Shown here in pieces: positions 25,850 through 38,564 of a stretch of DNA of 64,000 nucleotides (positions are counted from its first letter, which is position 1; every line of letters starts with the position of its first letter). The notes beneath the pieces were generated by a model that was not told the origin of the DNA, did not search any database, and saw only the letters and a program-made list of their open reading frames with translations. Position numbers and translations under genes: made by a program. The stretch is from Lama glama (lineage: Eukaryota), in NCBI GenBank assembly GCA_028534125.1, contig CM052818.1:870001-934000 (forward strand), in the 5' to 3' direction.

Positions 25850-26480
25850 GTGGTTTGCATCCTTTGGTGCCTAGGGCGATCCCAGAAACAAAGTAAGGTC
25901 GCAGGTTTCAGGGGAGAAGGCAAGGCTCTGCTTAGCTCCAGAAAAGGAATCAGGAAGATATCAAAGTACCCAAAAATCCAGGAAGCGTCTTCCTCTCCGC
26001 TCTTCCAAGACCTGGCATTAAGGGTAAAGGCCCTTGTACTGAGGGCTTACTGGGAGTGTGGTGGGAAGGAGGAATAATGGAACAAGGGAATGTGACGGTG
26101 GCTGGTGCACCCAGCAGCCCCACGGGCTATTTGTGGATAAAGAGAGAAGGAGAGGGCGGGATCAGGGCCTCCCTGGGCGAGGCCTGAGGGACCAGCGCGA
26201 TCGTCATCCCAAGTCAAGGGCCCTCCCGCTCCGGGGTTTCCAGAAGCCGGTTCCTCCCCCGGGGCGAGGCCTACAGCCTGGCACTCGTCCCCACGGTCCC
26301 CTCAGCCCAACATTCTAGCAAACTCTGGTCAATGTCCTGCACCTCTGGCTCCAGCTCTGACGCCATCTCCCCTCCCTCGCCTCCCCAGCGCTGCACCCAA
26401 GAGTCAAGTCATCATTTGTCCCTGCCCCAGGGAAGGACGCAGAGAACCCAGGGCCGGGCACTCTTGCCGGCTTCTCCTGC
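25850..26480. promoter_or_regulatory. Weak CpG-rich patch, candidate promoter/enhancer
   Basis: About 20 CpGs in 26090-26480, GC-rich, not a recognisable repeat. Confidence 0.4.
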
Positions 26481-26637
26481 CTGGGGTCTCTTTTATAAAG
26501 GCACTAATCCCATTCATGATGGGTTCACCCTCATGACCTAATCACATTCTCGATTATCCTCCTAATACCATCATATGGCGGGGCTAGGATTTTAATGTAT
26601 AACTTCGGGGGGAACAAAAACATGGAGGTCATAACAC
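26480..26637 (-). mobile_element. MaLR LTR fragment (MLT1A/MST-like)
   Basis: ggcactaatcccattcatga...ccctcatgacctaatcac...cataaca. Confidence 0.75.
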
Positions 26638-26679
26638 AGGTAACTGACAAATGGCTCTTACCCAGACCACAGAAAGAAC

Positions 26680-27900
26680 CCTTAGAATGAAAAAGATAGC
26701 AACCAAAGGGAAAAATCATCAAGAGACTTGAATGGACACTTCACAAAAGAGGCTATCCAAATAGTTAATAAACGTATTAAAAGGGATACAACATCATATA
26801 AAATACTACAACTATGAGCTATTTCCTCATACCCACCCCCTTGATAAAAATTAAAGTGACTGACCATATAATGTTGGAGAGAATACGGAGCAATGAGCTC
26901 TCTCACACATATAAATTAATACAACTCATTTGGAAGTGAAAATAAATTGAAGTTGAAATTATGCTGTGACTGAGCAATTCTACTCATACTCCTATACTCC
27001 AGAAACATACATTGTGCTGCAAAAGACATGTAGAATAGTAGTTATGAACAATATTTTTCTTAATAGACAAGAATGGAAACAACCCAAGTGTCCATCTACA
27101 ATAAAATCAATCAATAAATCGTGATATGCTCATGCAATGGAATAGTATGCAGCAATGAATATGAGCAAACCAATGCTACAACATGAGTGAACCTCATACT
27201 TATAATGCAAAAGAAACCATAAACAAAATAATACCTATTGTAGGATTCCATGTATACGAAGTGCAAAACCTTGCAATATTAATCTGTGGTGCTTGAAATA
27301 AAAATAATGGCTAAGATTGGGATATGGAAAAAGGGTAGTAATTAGGAGGGACGCAATGAGGGGTTTTTAAGATGCTGGTATAGTTCTATTTCTTGAGCTG
27401 GGAGATGTTTCCTGGGTATATTTTTTGATGGTTTATCAAGCTATGTACATATAATTTCTGCATTTTAATATGTATGTTATACTTCAATTATCATTTTATT
27501 AATGACAAATATGTATATACAACATGTTCATTATTGCATTGTCTATAATGTCATTGGATTCATCAGTTATGGTATTAGTTAAATAAATTGGGGTATATCC
27601 AGAAAATGAAGTACTTTGTTGTCATTTAAAATAATGTCTGTGGAAAACTTTCAGGATATTTTGCTAAGTGGAAAAATCAGGTTACAATATAGTATATTCA
27701 GTGCAAGTCCATTTGTCTTTTTAAAAAATGTATGTGGCATGTGTTTCTGAGGTGGGGGGTGGGGCTCAAATAAATTAACTGGAAGGATTCAGTCCAAAAT
27801 ATTAATAATGATTGTCTGATTGTCTCTACGTGGTGATTGCAGGTTTCTTTCTTTTTTCTTTTTTTGTCTTTCTCAATTTGATTTTTCTACATGTTCTACT
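26680..27900 (+). mobile_element. Old L1ME-type 3' fragments
   Basis: Degenerate L1 3' motifs (ggaaacaacccaagtgtccatc, caatggaatagtatgcagcaatg). Confidence 0.65.
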
Positions 27901-28329
27901 TGTATTTTTTTAGTGTTAAAAAAGAGAGAAGGAGAAAAAATCTATTCAGAGCTTTGTTGGCATTCCATTAAATACTCTTTTATATATTCCCTGATTCTAT
28001 CAAAGTAGTCTTTTATTCTCCCCATGGTATCTGAATCAGGAAGAATGGCAAAATTAACCCACGATGTAGAGCATTAAACTAAAAATCTGAAATGGTTCAG
28101 TTAGCGCTTTCCTGTTGAGTGATCTTGTTTCTCCTGTTTGAGCTCTCTGAACGTAATATTCTGTTCCCAGTGTCCTGCTGGAACTTGGATTTAAAGTCAT
28201 TCTATTTCTCTGTACATTTTCTCATTGCTGGATTGTTTTTTTCTGTGTGTCTACAAGAGACACAGCCAGAAAACCTGCAGACATAAACCATAGTAGGTGG
28301 CTTGTTTTTTAAAAAGTAATAATACTCAC

Positions 28330-28525
28330 ACTAGATCCCATGTATGAAGTGCCTAATGTTGTTGGACACAGCACTAAAAACCTAACGTTAATTAATCCTC
28401 ACAACCCTAGGGGGTAGGTATCTTTATATCCATGTATTTCACAAATGGAGAAACTAAAGCTCAAACAGGTTAAGCAACTTGGCCAAGGTCACTTGGTTAG
28501 TAAATGGCAAAGCCAAGATGCAGAA
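28330..28525 (-). mobile_element. MIR
   Basis: ttaatcctcacaaccct...ttcacaaatggagaaactaaagctca...ggttaagcaacttggccaaggtcac. Confidence 0.8.
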
Positions 28526-29375
28526 GCAGGTAAGGGCCTTGGAGGAGGGCAGACTCGTAAAATTGTCCAGAAGAGAGACTTGTGTAGTAAGCACTTCGGC
28601 TGCACAGATCTTCAGCCCCCAAGGGTCCCCTCCACAAGGAAATCTGATACTGAAACAATGAGAGTGAATTGTCATGAGAATCTGGCAATCTCAGGAATCT
28701 CTGGCCGTCTGACATTAGAGGCCCCACTCCACATCAAAGGCCTCTTATGTGCCCACCTCTTGGCTGGGCAGAACAAGACACTGGAAACTCTACCTTGAAC
28801 CCCCAGACCTCCACTTCCCCGGGTTGTTCCATAAGAAGCACTTAGTAGGCAGTGAGGACAGCGTGGAATACACAACTATTGAGACGTCAGTTTTAGTGAA
28901 TGCATCAGGGCGTCATCCAGAGGACTACAGACATCCAAACTGACAGTCATACAAGTTCAAACACATGCTAATATGTCTACATTTTTATACTCCCCTTCTC
29001 CACATTTTGTGATTTTGATGCCTTATTTTACAACTTCATGCTTATTCTTCTGCTGTTAATTGTAGTTATAATCATTTTTACAAAAATTTTAATTGCTTTT
29101 TAATCTATGTACTAGCTTATTGAAGTGATCTTCAGTACTTTAATACCTTCACCTTTCCTATAGATTCTTGCTTCTTTTCACTATGGACATTCAAGATGCT
29201 GACTACTAAGTGCCAAATAATTTCCTAGGCTCTGCTAAACATACAGGCACCACAGCAAAACCAAATGGCCAAGGTCATCTTCCAATCATTGCTTTCCCAG
29301 CTACTAGTTGGAAGTACCCCCAGAGATATACATGAAGACATTAAATTGGGGTGGAAAGCTGGGAGTCAGAGGCCT

Positions 29376-29566
29376 AAAGCAGTGGTTCCCAAACTTGAGC
29401 TTGTATTAGAAGCACCAGGAGTTCTTGTTAAAACACAGTTTACTGGACTCCAAGCACACAGTTTCTGATTCAGTAAATCCAGAGTGAGGCCCGGTAATTT
29501 GCATTTTAACAAGTTCCCAGGTGATGCTGAGGTGGCTGGTCCAGGAGCACACCTTGAGAACCATTG
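29376..29566. mobile_element. MER5A
   Basis: cagtggttcccaaactt...tctgattcagta...aacaagttcccaggtgatgctga...ttgagaaccattg. Confidence 0.85.
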
Positions 29567-29699
29567 GCCCTAGGAGTTGGTACAGAAGATCACAGCTGCA
29601 TGGGTTTTTAGACTGTAATGGCAGCCCTTTCTTTCCTGGCCAGAGTGAGGAGGGAGATTTTAGGGGTGGTAAGCTGGTTCAGACAGGGCGGAGGAAAAC

Positions 29700-30850
29700 C
29701 AGGACAGTGTGATATCACAGAAACTAAGTAACAAGAGGATTTCAAGGAGGGTAAAGTGAGAAGTTACATAAGATAAGGCAAGGCAGTAGTCCACTGGATT
29801 TGGCATTCAGGATGTCATCAGTGACCCCAGGGAGAGCAGTTCCATTGGAAACACCGCCCTGGTGGTGGCGGCCAAAGCACGGCCGCAGTGGTTTTGAGTG
29901 AAATAACTAGAACAGTACTTGTAGACAACTCTTCCAAGTGTCCCGGCCATGAAATTGTGCAGAGTTACAGGATAGTAACCAGGGAGGATGTGACTTAAGC
30001 AAGTGCTTAAGGAAAGCACCACGAGGGAACAAGAGGTTGAGGTTACAAGGTAGAGAGTTGCTGGTCAGTGAAAAGGCTCCCGAGAAAGTGAGAGGGATTC
30101 CAAGCCTGGTGTAAAGAGAAACCACTTTTCCTGAGACAAGAGGGAATGAGGCAGGACAGGTCAAGAGAGGGTTTGAGTTATAGGTGATTGGGGAAGAAAT
30201 TGAGAGAGTTCTTGCCTAACGGCCTCTGTTTTCCCAATGGTGTAGGAAAGTCCTTAGCTAAGAGGAAGATAATGGGAAACGAGATTTGAGAAAAGAATAA
30301 AGAGTTTAAATTAACTGCTGGAGTGGGGACGGTATAGCTCAATGGTAGAGCACATGCTTAACATCAGGAGGGCCTAGGTTCAATCCCCAGTACATCCATC
30401 AAAGTAAATAAACAAATAAATAAATATCTGACTACCTCCATCCACCAAAAATAATTAAAAATAAAATAAATAAATAACAATTTAAAAAATAAAATAAGCT
30501 AAATGCTGGAGAGATAAAAAAAAGGTATAATTTTTAATATAGAGAGGGATTAATGAGTAGGTATGAAGGCCCAGATGAAATTGGCGACTTTGGAAAGCAC
30601 TCGTGTGAATTTCTTCAGCAGCACTAAGCTGAGCAATTGAATGCTTGGATTAACTGAGGTCTGGGGTTCTGTAGGTCAAGTACCCTGGTGTGACAAAGAT
30701 CAAAAAGGTCTAGGGAAATACAATGGATAAAGGGGTATAGATTCCATAGGAAATAAATAATGGCATGAGGATGTTGATTTCATTGGGAAAAAAGGGAGTG
30801 GACAAGGGGCCTACTGTCAGATTTTGGTCAAAATGGGAATATAGCGAGTT
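29700..30850 (-). mobile_element. L2 fragments
   Basis: Purine-rich antisense L2-like sequence (ccactggatttggca...gtgacc). Confidence 0.5.
30324..30503 (+). mobile_element. tRNA-derived camelid SINE (Vic-1-like)
   Basis: A/B boxes, long A-rich tail, flanked by tgctggag (30316-30323, 30504-30511). Confidence 0.85.
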
Positions 30851-31259
30851 GCATCACAGAAGGGATCAGATTCCAAAGGCAGCACTTGGGGCACAAATTT
30901 CATGAAGTCAAATTTACCCCTGGAAATGCCTTAAATTGGCCTTAAAATACAGTTAGGCCTGACATCCTGTTTTTCATTAAGTCAGTGTGAGCCTTAATGA
31001 ACTAAAGCCTCTGTCTTTAGTTGAGTAGCCTGTAAAGTAGTTGGCAGGTGTTTAGAGGTCATATTGAGGAAAAGAGGGAGTGAGGGCAATGAGATGTTCC
31101 CACCATAAGAGGTACAAGGCAACTGAGGTCAAACTACAAAACATCAGTCATGGCTCCCACCGCATCCTCACTCTTCGACACACTCATTGAAAGGAAAGGC
31201 CGTGAAGCAAGTGTGTCATTCAAATTGTTCTTTCTTTCCTTTTCTTATGTTTTTCCCAG

Positions 31260-31274
31260 GATGCAGAACCAAAG
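31260..31274 (+). other. Candidate 15-nt microexon
   Basis: ~32-nt pyrimidine tract + CAG | GATGCAGAACCAAAG | GTAAAT in non-repeat DNA; no transcript evidence available. Confidence 0.3.
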
Positions 31275-31379
31275 GTAAATTATTTTAAAATACGAATGAT
31301 GTGATTTTACTATTTTAGGAATAACAGGGGAAAAAGTGAACTTAAATAATTAGAGACTGTGGTCTGTGTGAGTCATGAA

Positions 31380-33280
31380 AGTAAGATTTCAAGGGTTCAG
31401 ATGGTTGATAAAGCCAAAGGACAAGTACCCAAATAGCTATCATTATCAGTCAACGTGCTGCCTCCAAAACTTTCAGTTTCAAGCGTCTCTCCCTCTGACC
31501 ACCACCCAGCTTTCCAGTCTGCTAATTCTAGTGCCCCTCCACTAGGCAATTCTCCAAGCCAGTGACTCAGCCATTTCTCATTCTCCCTTTCCCTTCTCTT
31601 ACTGCCCTCTGTACCCAGACTCCTCCAATGGTCCTTCAGTACACAGATTTACTTGCAAACAACCTTAATTCCTTGACCCTTTCTTTTTCCAAGGCTCGAC
31701 CATCTGCCTACGTATATACCTGACAAGTTGAACATTATTGTTTCTCCCTAGTGCTTCCTGTCTTACTCGAGTAATTTTTTTGAACTGAGGTATAGTTGAT
31801 GTGCAATATTATATGTTTCAGATATGCAACAAAGTGATTCCCAATTTTTAAAGGTTATATTGCATTTATAGTTATTACAAAAATATTGGCCATATTATCT
31901 GTGTTCTACAATAGATCCTTGCAGCTTATTTATTTTATACATAGTAGTTTGTGCCTTTTAAGACCCTATCCTTATCATGCCCCTCCCCCCTTCCCTCATG
32001 TCACTGGTGACCCTTGGTTTGTTCTCTGTAACTGTGACTCTATTTCTTCTTTTGTTATATTCCTAGTTTACTTTATTTTTTAGATTTCACATATAAGTAA
32101 TGTCATACAGAATTTGTCTTTCTCTGTCTGACTTATTTAACTCAGCATAATACCCTCCAATGGATTGGTTTCACTTTCAATTCATGATTGCAAATTTAAA
32201 GTGAGATTGCAAATCTGTACAGCCTGGCAGTCCTACATTTCTCTGCTGAGATCAGTGTGCTAGAAAATTCTGTTTTAAAGCTTCTCCTATCTCTCCTCAA
32301 ACCTCCAACACCCTTTCCACCCCCTTTCTCAACTGAAGCCTTCACATCAAATGTCATTAATCACAGTGACAGTCAAATAGGAACCGTCTCACCTTTCCGC
32401 TACCACATCAGCTGCCTCCTGTCTGTACCCATGCACTGTCTTTCTTCTTCTGTTACCAACCCTAAGTTCAATCCTTCCATTAATGCTTAGCCTTTTGCCT
32501 TAAGCTCTTGTACCTGCAGCTGTTCCCTTGTTATTTCTATCATCAATTTCCTCCCTCTCTAGTTCCCACTGATTTATAAACATGTCCTAGTATCACTCAT
32601 CATGAAAAACCCACCCGTGTCCTTACGTCTTCGTGCTCTATTGCCCCATTTATCTGTCTCTCTTCACAACAAAACTTCTCAATTTGTCTATATTCACCCT
32701 TCCTGGCCCTTCATTTTCTCTCCCCTCCTCATTCCTCTTATTTCATTCCTTTTTCCCCTGAAACTGATTTTATCAAGTTCACCAGTGACCTCCATGCAGC
32801 CACAAGCAATGGCCACTCCTCTAGCCTCATCTTATTCAACATCTTAGCAACACTCCACAAATATAGTCATTCCTTCCTTCTTGGTATCTGTATTCCACAG
32901 TCTCCTGGTTTCTCTTTAACCTCTCTACTTTTTCCCTTCTTTTGATTTCTCCTCCTCCTCTGTTCAATGGCTAAATGTTGGTATACTCTGTTAATCAATC
33001 TGGGCCCTCTTCTCTTTTCTCTCTTCACTTTCTCTGCAGAGAGCTCATCCAGTTTCATGATTTCAAATGTCATCTTCCGATGACTCCCAAATTATATTAT
33101 GATTCTGGCTCTTCCTTAAGTTCCAGGCTTATATGCCTAATTGCCTGCTTGACATCTCACTCCAGTATCTAATAGGAAGCTAAAATTTAATATGGCTAAG
33201 ACATAACTTTTAAGACACAGCTATGTGTCCAACGTACTTCTCCCCTGTACTGTTTCCAAAAATGCATCACTATCCCCAGT
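31380..33280 (+). mobile_element. L2 (long decayed copy) interrupted by antisense L1 3' end at ~31775-32160
   Basis: L2 motifs (caagttcaccagtgacctccatg, gatgactcccaaatt); L1 tail with poly(T) at 31775. Confidence 0.75.
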
Positions 33281-33345
33281 GTATTAGTTTTCTGTTGCTA
33301 CATAATATGTTACCACAAATTAACAGCTTAAAATAACACATATTT

Positions 33346-35590
33346 GTAATAAAGAACTCTCCAGAAAGTGGGAATAGAAGGAACATAACTCAATATAATA
33401 AAGGCCATATATGACAAAGCCACAGTTAATATCATACTCAACAGTGAAAAACTGAAAGTATTTCCTCTAAGATCAGGAACAAGACAAGAATGCCCACTCA
33501 CCATTTTCATTCAACATAATTTGGAAGTCCTAGCCACAGCAATCAGAGAAGAAAAAGACATAAAAGCAATCCAAATTGGAAAGGAAAAAGTAAAACTGTC
33601 ACTGTTTGCAGATGGCATGATACTATGCATAGAAAATCCTAAAGATGCCACCAGAAAATTACTAGAGCTCATCAATGAATTCAGCAAATTTGCATGATAC
33701 AAAATTAATATTCAGAAGTCTGTTGCATTTTTATACACTAACAATGAAATATCAGAAGGAGAAATTAAGGAAACATTCCTATTTACCATTGCATCAAAAA
33801 GAATAAAATACCTAGGAATAAATCTACCTAAGGGGGCAAAAGACCTGTACTCCAAAACTATAAGACATTACTGAAAGAAATTGAAGATGGCACAAATGGA
33901 AAGATATACTGTGTTTTAGGGGTGGAAGAATCAATATTGTTAAAATGGTCATACTACCTAAGGCAATATACAGATTCAATGCAATCCCAACCAAAATGCC
34001 AATGGCATTTTCACAGAACTAGAATAAGTAATTTTAAAATTTGTTTGGAAAGGCAAAAGATCCCAAATAGATAAAATAATCTTGAGAAAGAAGAACAGAA
34101 CTGTAGGAATCATGCTCTGTGACTTCAGACTATAATAAAAAGCTACAGTAATCAAAACAGTATGGTACTGGCACAAAAAACAGACACAAACATCAATGGA
34201 ACAGAATAGAGAGACCAGAAATAAACCCATGCACTTATGGTCAATTAATCTACAACAAAGGAAGCAAGAATATACAATGGAGAAAAGACAGTCTCTTCAG
34301 AAAGTGGTGGTGGGAAAACTGGACAGCTACCTGTAAAAGAATGAAATTAGAACATTTTCTAATATCATCTACAAAATAAACCGAAAATGGATTAAAGACC
34401 AAAATGTAAGGCATATACTATAAAACTCCTAGAGGAAAGCATAGACAGAACACTCTTTGACATGAATCACAACAATATTTTTTTAATGTCTCCTAAAGCA
34501 AAGGAAACAAAAGCAAAAATAAACAAATGGGATCTAATTAAACTTAAAAGCTTTAGCACAGCAAAGGAAACCATTGACAAAATGAAAAGATAACCCATTG
34601 AATAGGAGAAAATATTTGCAAATGACATGACCAATTAAGGATTAATATCCAACATATATAAACAGCTCATACAACTCAGCATCAAAAAAACAAACAACCT
34701 GATTTTTAAAAATGGGCAGAAGAACTGAATAGGCATTTTTCCAAAGAGGAAATGCAAATGGCCAAGAGGCATATGAAAAGATGCTAAACATTGTTAATCA
34801 TCAGGGAAATGCAAATCAAAACTACAATGAGATATCACGTCACACCTGTTAAATGGCTAATATCAAAAAGAACACAAATAACAAATGTTGGCAAGGATGT
34901 GGAGAAAAAGGAACCCTTATACACTACTGGTGGGAATGTAAATTGATGCAGCCATGTGGAAAACAATATGAAGGTTTCTCAAAAAAACCTGAAAATAGAA
35001 CCATAATATGACCCAGTAATTCCACTTCTGAGTATACATTTGAAAAAAAAACCAAAACACTAATTTGAAAAGATACATGCAGCCCGATCTTCATAGCAGC
35101 TTTATTTACAATTGCCAAGATATGGAAGCAACCTAAGTGTCCATAGACAGATAAATGGATAAAGGAGATGTAAGATATACATATATGGATACAGATACAG
35201 ATATATACACAATGTAATGCTTCTCAGCCATAAAAAATTACAAAATTTTGCCATTTGCAGCAACATGGATGGATGTGGAGGGTATTATACTAAGTGAAGT
35301 AAGTCAGACAGAGAAAGACAAATACTGTATGATATCATTTATATGTGAAATCTAAAAAACACAACAAATTAGTGATTATAACCAAAAGATGCACACTCAC
35401 AGATATAGAGAACAAAATAGTGGTTACCAGTGGGGAGGTTGAGAGAAGGGCAGTATAGGTGTGGGGGGTGGGATGTACAAACTATTGGGAGCAAAGTAGG
35501 CTCAAGGATGTCTTATACAACTTGAGGAATACAGCCAATATTGTGTAATAACTGTAAATGGAAAGTAACCTTTAAAATTTTTTATACAAA
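33346..35590 (+). mobile_element. 5'-truncated L1 (~2.25 kb: RT C-terminal half plus 3' UTR) inserted in an MLT1 LTR
   Basis: [13 protein letters not shown] (degenerate FADD motif, ~33602-33640) and IKYLGINL; stops and frameshifts; MLT1 halves at 33280-33345 and 35598-36140. Confidence 0.92.
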
Positions 35591-35597
35591 AACCCCC

Positions 35598-36140
35598 ACA
35601 TTTATTACCACATAGTTTCTGTAGCTCAGAAGTCTGGCACACTTATAATCCAGGAGTCAGCTGAGGCTGTGGTCTCATTAGAGGACTGACTGCGAAAGGA
35701 TCCACCGCCAAGGCCCCTTAGGTTGTTGTAAGAATTCATTTCCTTGCAGCTGCAGAACTGAGGGCTTCAGCTTCTTGGAGGCCACCGTCAGCTCCAAGAG
35801 GCCACTCAAAGTCCCTTGCCATGTGGGCTTCTCCAGCGCAGCCACTTACTTCATGGCAGCTGGTTTCTTCAAAGCCATTAGGGTGGTGGAGGCTGTCTTG
35901 TGTGAGTCAGCAAGCAAGATGTATCACATTACATTATTATATTGTAATGTGATATTATTATATTATATTAATTATTGTATCACATTACATTATATAATCA
36001 CAAGTGTGATATTTGCATCATCATTGCTATATTATATTGATTAGAAGCAAGTCACAGGTCCTGCCCACACTCAAGGGATTAAAAAGTGTGGCCACCAGGA
36101 GGCAGAAATTATGGGAGCCACCCTAGAGTCTGTCCACTGC
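35598..36140 (-). mobile_element. MLT1 LTR (remainder after L1 insertion)
   Basis: tttattaccacatagtttctgtagctcagaagtc...agaagcaagtcacaggtcctgcccacactcaaggg. Confidence 0.75.
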
Positions 36141-36984
36141 GTGGAGTGGGCTGTAGCTATTCCTTTTTGTCTTCCGGATATCCAGCAGGTAACTACTGAT
36201 CAAATATACACACATATACACACAAAATCACATTTATTTTCCAAGAATAAATACTAATTTCTTGGGGAGAGCAGAGTCCAAGTTTATATTGCAGAAGAAA
36301 TTTTTTTCCTTAGTGTCATATAAATTTAATGACAGTCTCTAAGCTGAGAGTATCTAAAATTATGCAAAACACTGTGAGTTCCTCTTATTCATCTTACTCT
36401 CTCAAGCTTTCTTCACACATTCAAACCTCTAGTGTTCTGGGCCCAAGATCAGGGCTTATTATTAAACTACAAATCTCTTAATAACTACTGGTTAGCTACA
36501 TAAAGAACTGTCTTTGTAACTGCCCTTTCTCTTAACCATTAGCCAAACTAAATTATTAGCCAAGACCTACCTTCCCTCTACTCTTTGACAGTGAAAGAGA
36601 GGAAAAGGGTGTTTCCTCTTCTAGTTACATAACCAATTCCCTCTTGATTGACACTTTAAATAATTTTATTTCCCCTTCTAAATCTGTACCCTGGTCTGTC
36701 ATAAGTGGTTTTGCTATTTCAATCCATCTCAAGCTGGTTTGGGAAGCAGGTAAATTGTAATGAATCAACAAAAAATAAACATCTAGATTCATACCTTCTC
36801 TGAGTCTTAGATGCCCAGGCTGGATAGGAACTGAATGGGATCATGAAGGGGTTGATGGATAGTGAAAATCAATGAATTAAGATCCCTGTGTGGTTAAGAA
36901 CTGCTGGAATGGTTACCAGAGCAAGCACACTGGAAGGATAAGAGGTGATAGTCAGAGAAAGGGACGCTTGCCGCAATAGAAACA

Positions 36985-37370
36985 ATAAAAAAAATCGTGG
37001 TTTCAAGGGGTTTGGGGAGAGGGAGGAAGGGAGGAATGAATAGATGGAGCACAAGGGAGTTTTAGGGCAATGAAATTATTCTGTGTGATACTATAGTGGT
37101 GGCTACATGTCATTACGCACTTGTCAAAACCCATAGAATGTACAACATCAAGAGTGAATCCTAATGTAAACTATGGACTTTGGTTGATAATAATGTGCCC
37201 ATGTTGGTTCATTGATTGTGCCAAATATGCCACACTGATGAGGGATGTTGAGGGTAGGGGAGTGTATATATATGGGTGGGGAAGGCTATGTGCGAACTCT
37301 CTGTATTTTCTTCTCAATTCTGCTGTGAACCTGAAACTGCTCTAAAAAAATAAAGCCTATTAATTAAAAA
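36985..37370 (+). mobile_element. L1MC-type 3' end
   Basis: ttgtcaaaacccatagaatgtacaaca...aaactgctctaaaaaaataaag. Confidence 0.8.
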
Positions 37371-37507
37371 CAAAACAAAACAAACAAACAAAAGAAAATG
37401 ATGCTTGAAATCAAGACATTGGAGGTGTGCAGAAACCAATGGTGACAGATGTTTAGATACTTGTCCTTTGACCTGTCATTGACCACTAACTTTTATTGTT
37501 CTTGCAG

Positions 37508-38115
37508 CAAAGGAAGTTTCCCAAACTTTTGGTTTTACTGATTATCTTCATCTTGGGCTGGATTCTTTGATGATCAAGGCAAACTTTCTCTGGAATAGGG
37601 GCTTCTAAGGAAAGCATCTGCAGAGAAAGTGTTCATGGAGGATGAGCTAACCTTTCGGAAAGGGAGGAATCTGGATGCAAGCTTTACGGTCATGCGGTTG
37701 CTTTTCTCCTACAGCACCACGCAACTTCCCACTTCCCACACATCAGCTCTGTAGTAGTGCTGGCACTGGAAATGTTTAGAACCATTATCGTGGTTTTATA
37801 GATACCCTTCATTGGGTCCCTTGGACAATTTAGAAGAAAGCCAGGAGGAAAATTAGAGCTCTAACTGTGGATTCGCCTGCTGAGATAATGCTTGCAGGCA
37901 CACTTTCCATGATTAAATCAGTGGCACACCAGGGAAAGAAGATATTTCTGTTCTTGCCTCTTTGAAAATGGCTTTTCTGTCAGCAAATTATCTGTCCCAA
38001 CAGATCCCCTTTGAGTTCGGTAAAATTGCATCATGGGGAGTTTTGTTTTTTTTTTAATTTGAAAATTACTCGGCTTAAGAGAACATGAAAATAAAGTTAT
38101 GTTACTAATTGTAAC
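37508..38115 (+). other. Candidate terminal exon of an unannotated plus-strand transcript
   Basis: Branch point CACTAAC (37484-37490), pyrimidine tract, CAG (37505-37507); AATAAA at 38090-38095 with U/GU-rich downstream; first 63 nt read QRKFPKLLVLLIIFILGWIL*. Confidence 0.25.
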
Positions 38116-38564
38116 TGTGCTAATGAAGTTTGCATTTCTTTTTTTCCCCCCTTTGGAATTTTCTTTCATTTATTAGAATTTTCTCTTTCCAGTATCTTTT
38201 AAGTCCCTCTTTTATAATCCCAAGAAGCGTTGATGGTAACTTTTTTTCTTTACATGAAGTTTGCATGTTTCCAGCAGGCATAGGCACTGGAGATAACAGC
38301 CACTAGACCACAAGATTTTTCTCTGCAAAATCTATTCCTCTTACCACTGAACAATCACTCCCCTTCCTTTAGTTCTGAGATAGATCCCTATGGTCTGGAT
38401 TCATTTGTTCCATTACGTCTTTGAAAGTGATGACTTATTTTTATAAAAAGGAATTAATAGTCCTTATTTTTAAATCCAAGCTATGTAGAAAAACAACAAA
38501 TCACCTAAAATTGCACACATTTAATGAATATCATTCTAGGCATATTTCTATACATATGTGCAGG

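Noticed and set aside
33346..35590. Active L1 or domesticated reverse transcriptase
   Set aside because: 5'-truncated, catalytic motif mutated (FADG), multiple stops and frameshifts.
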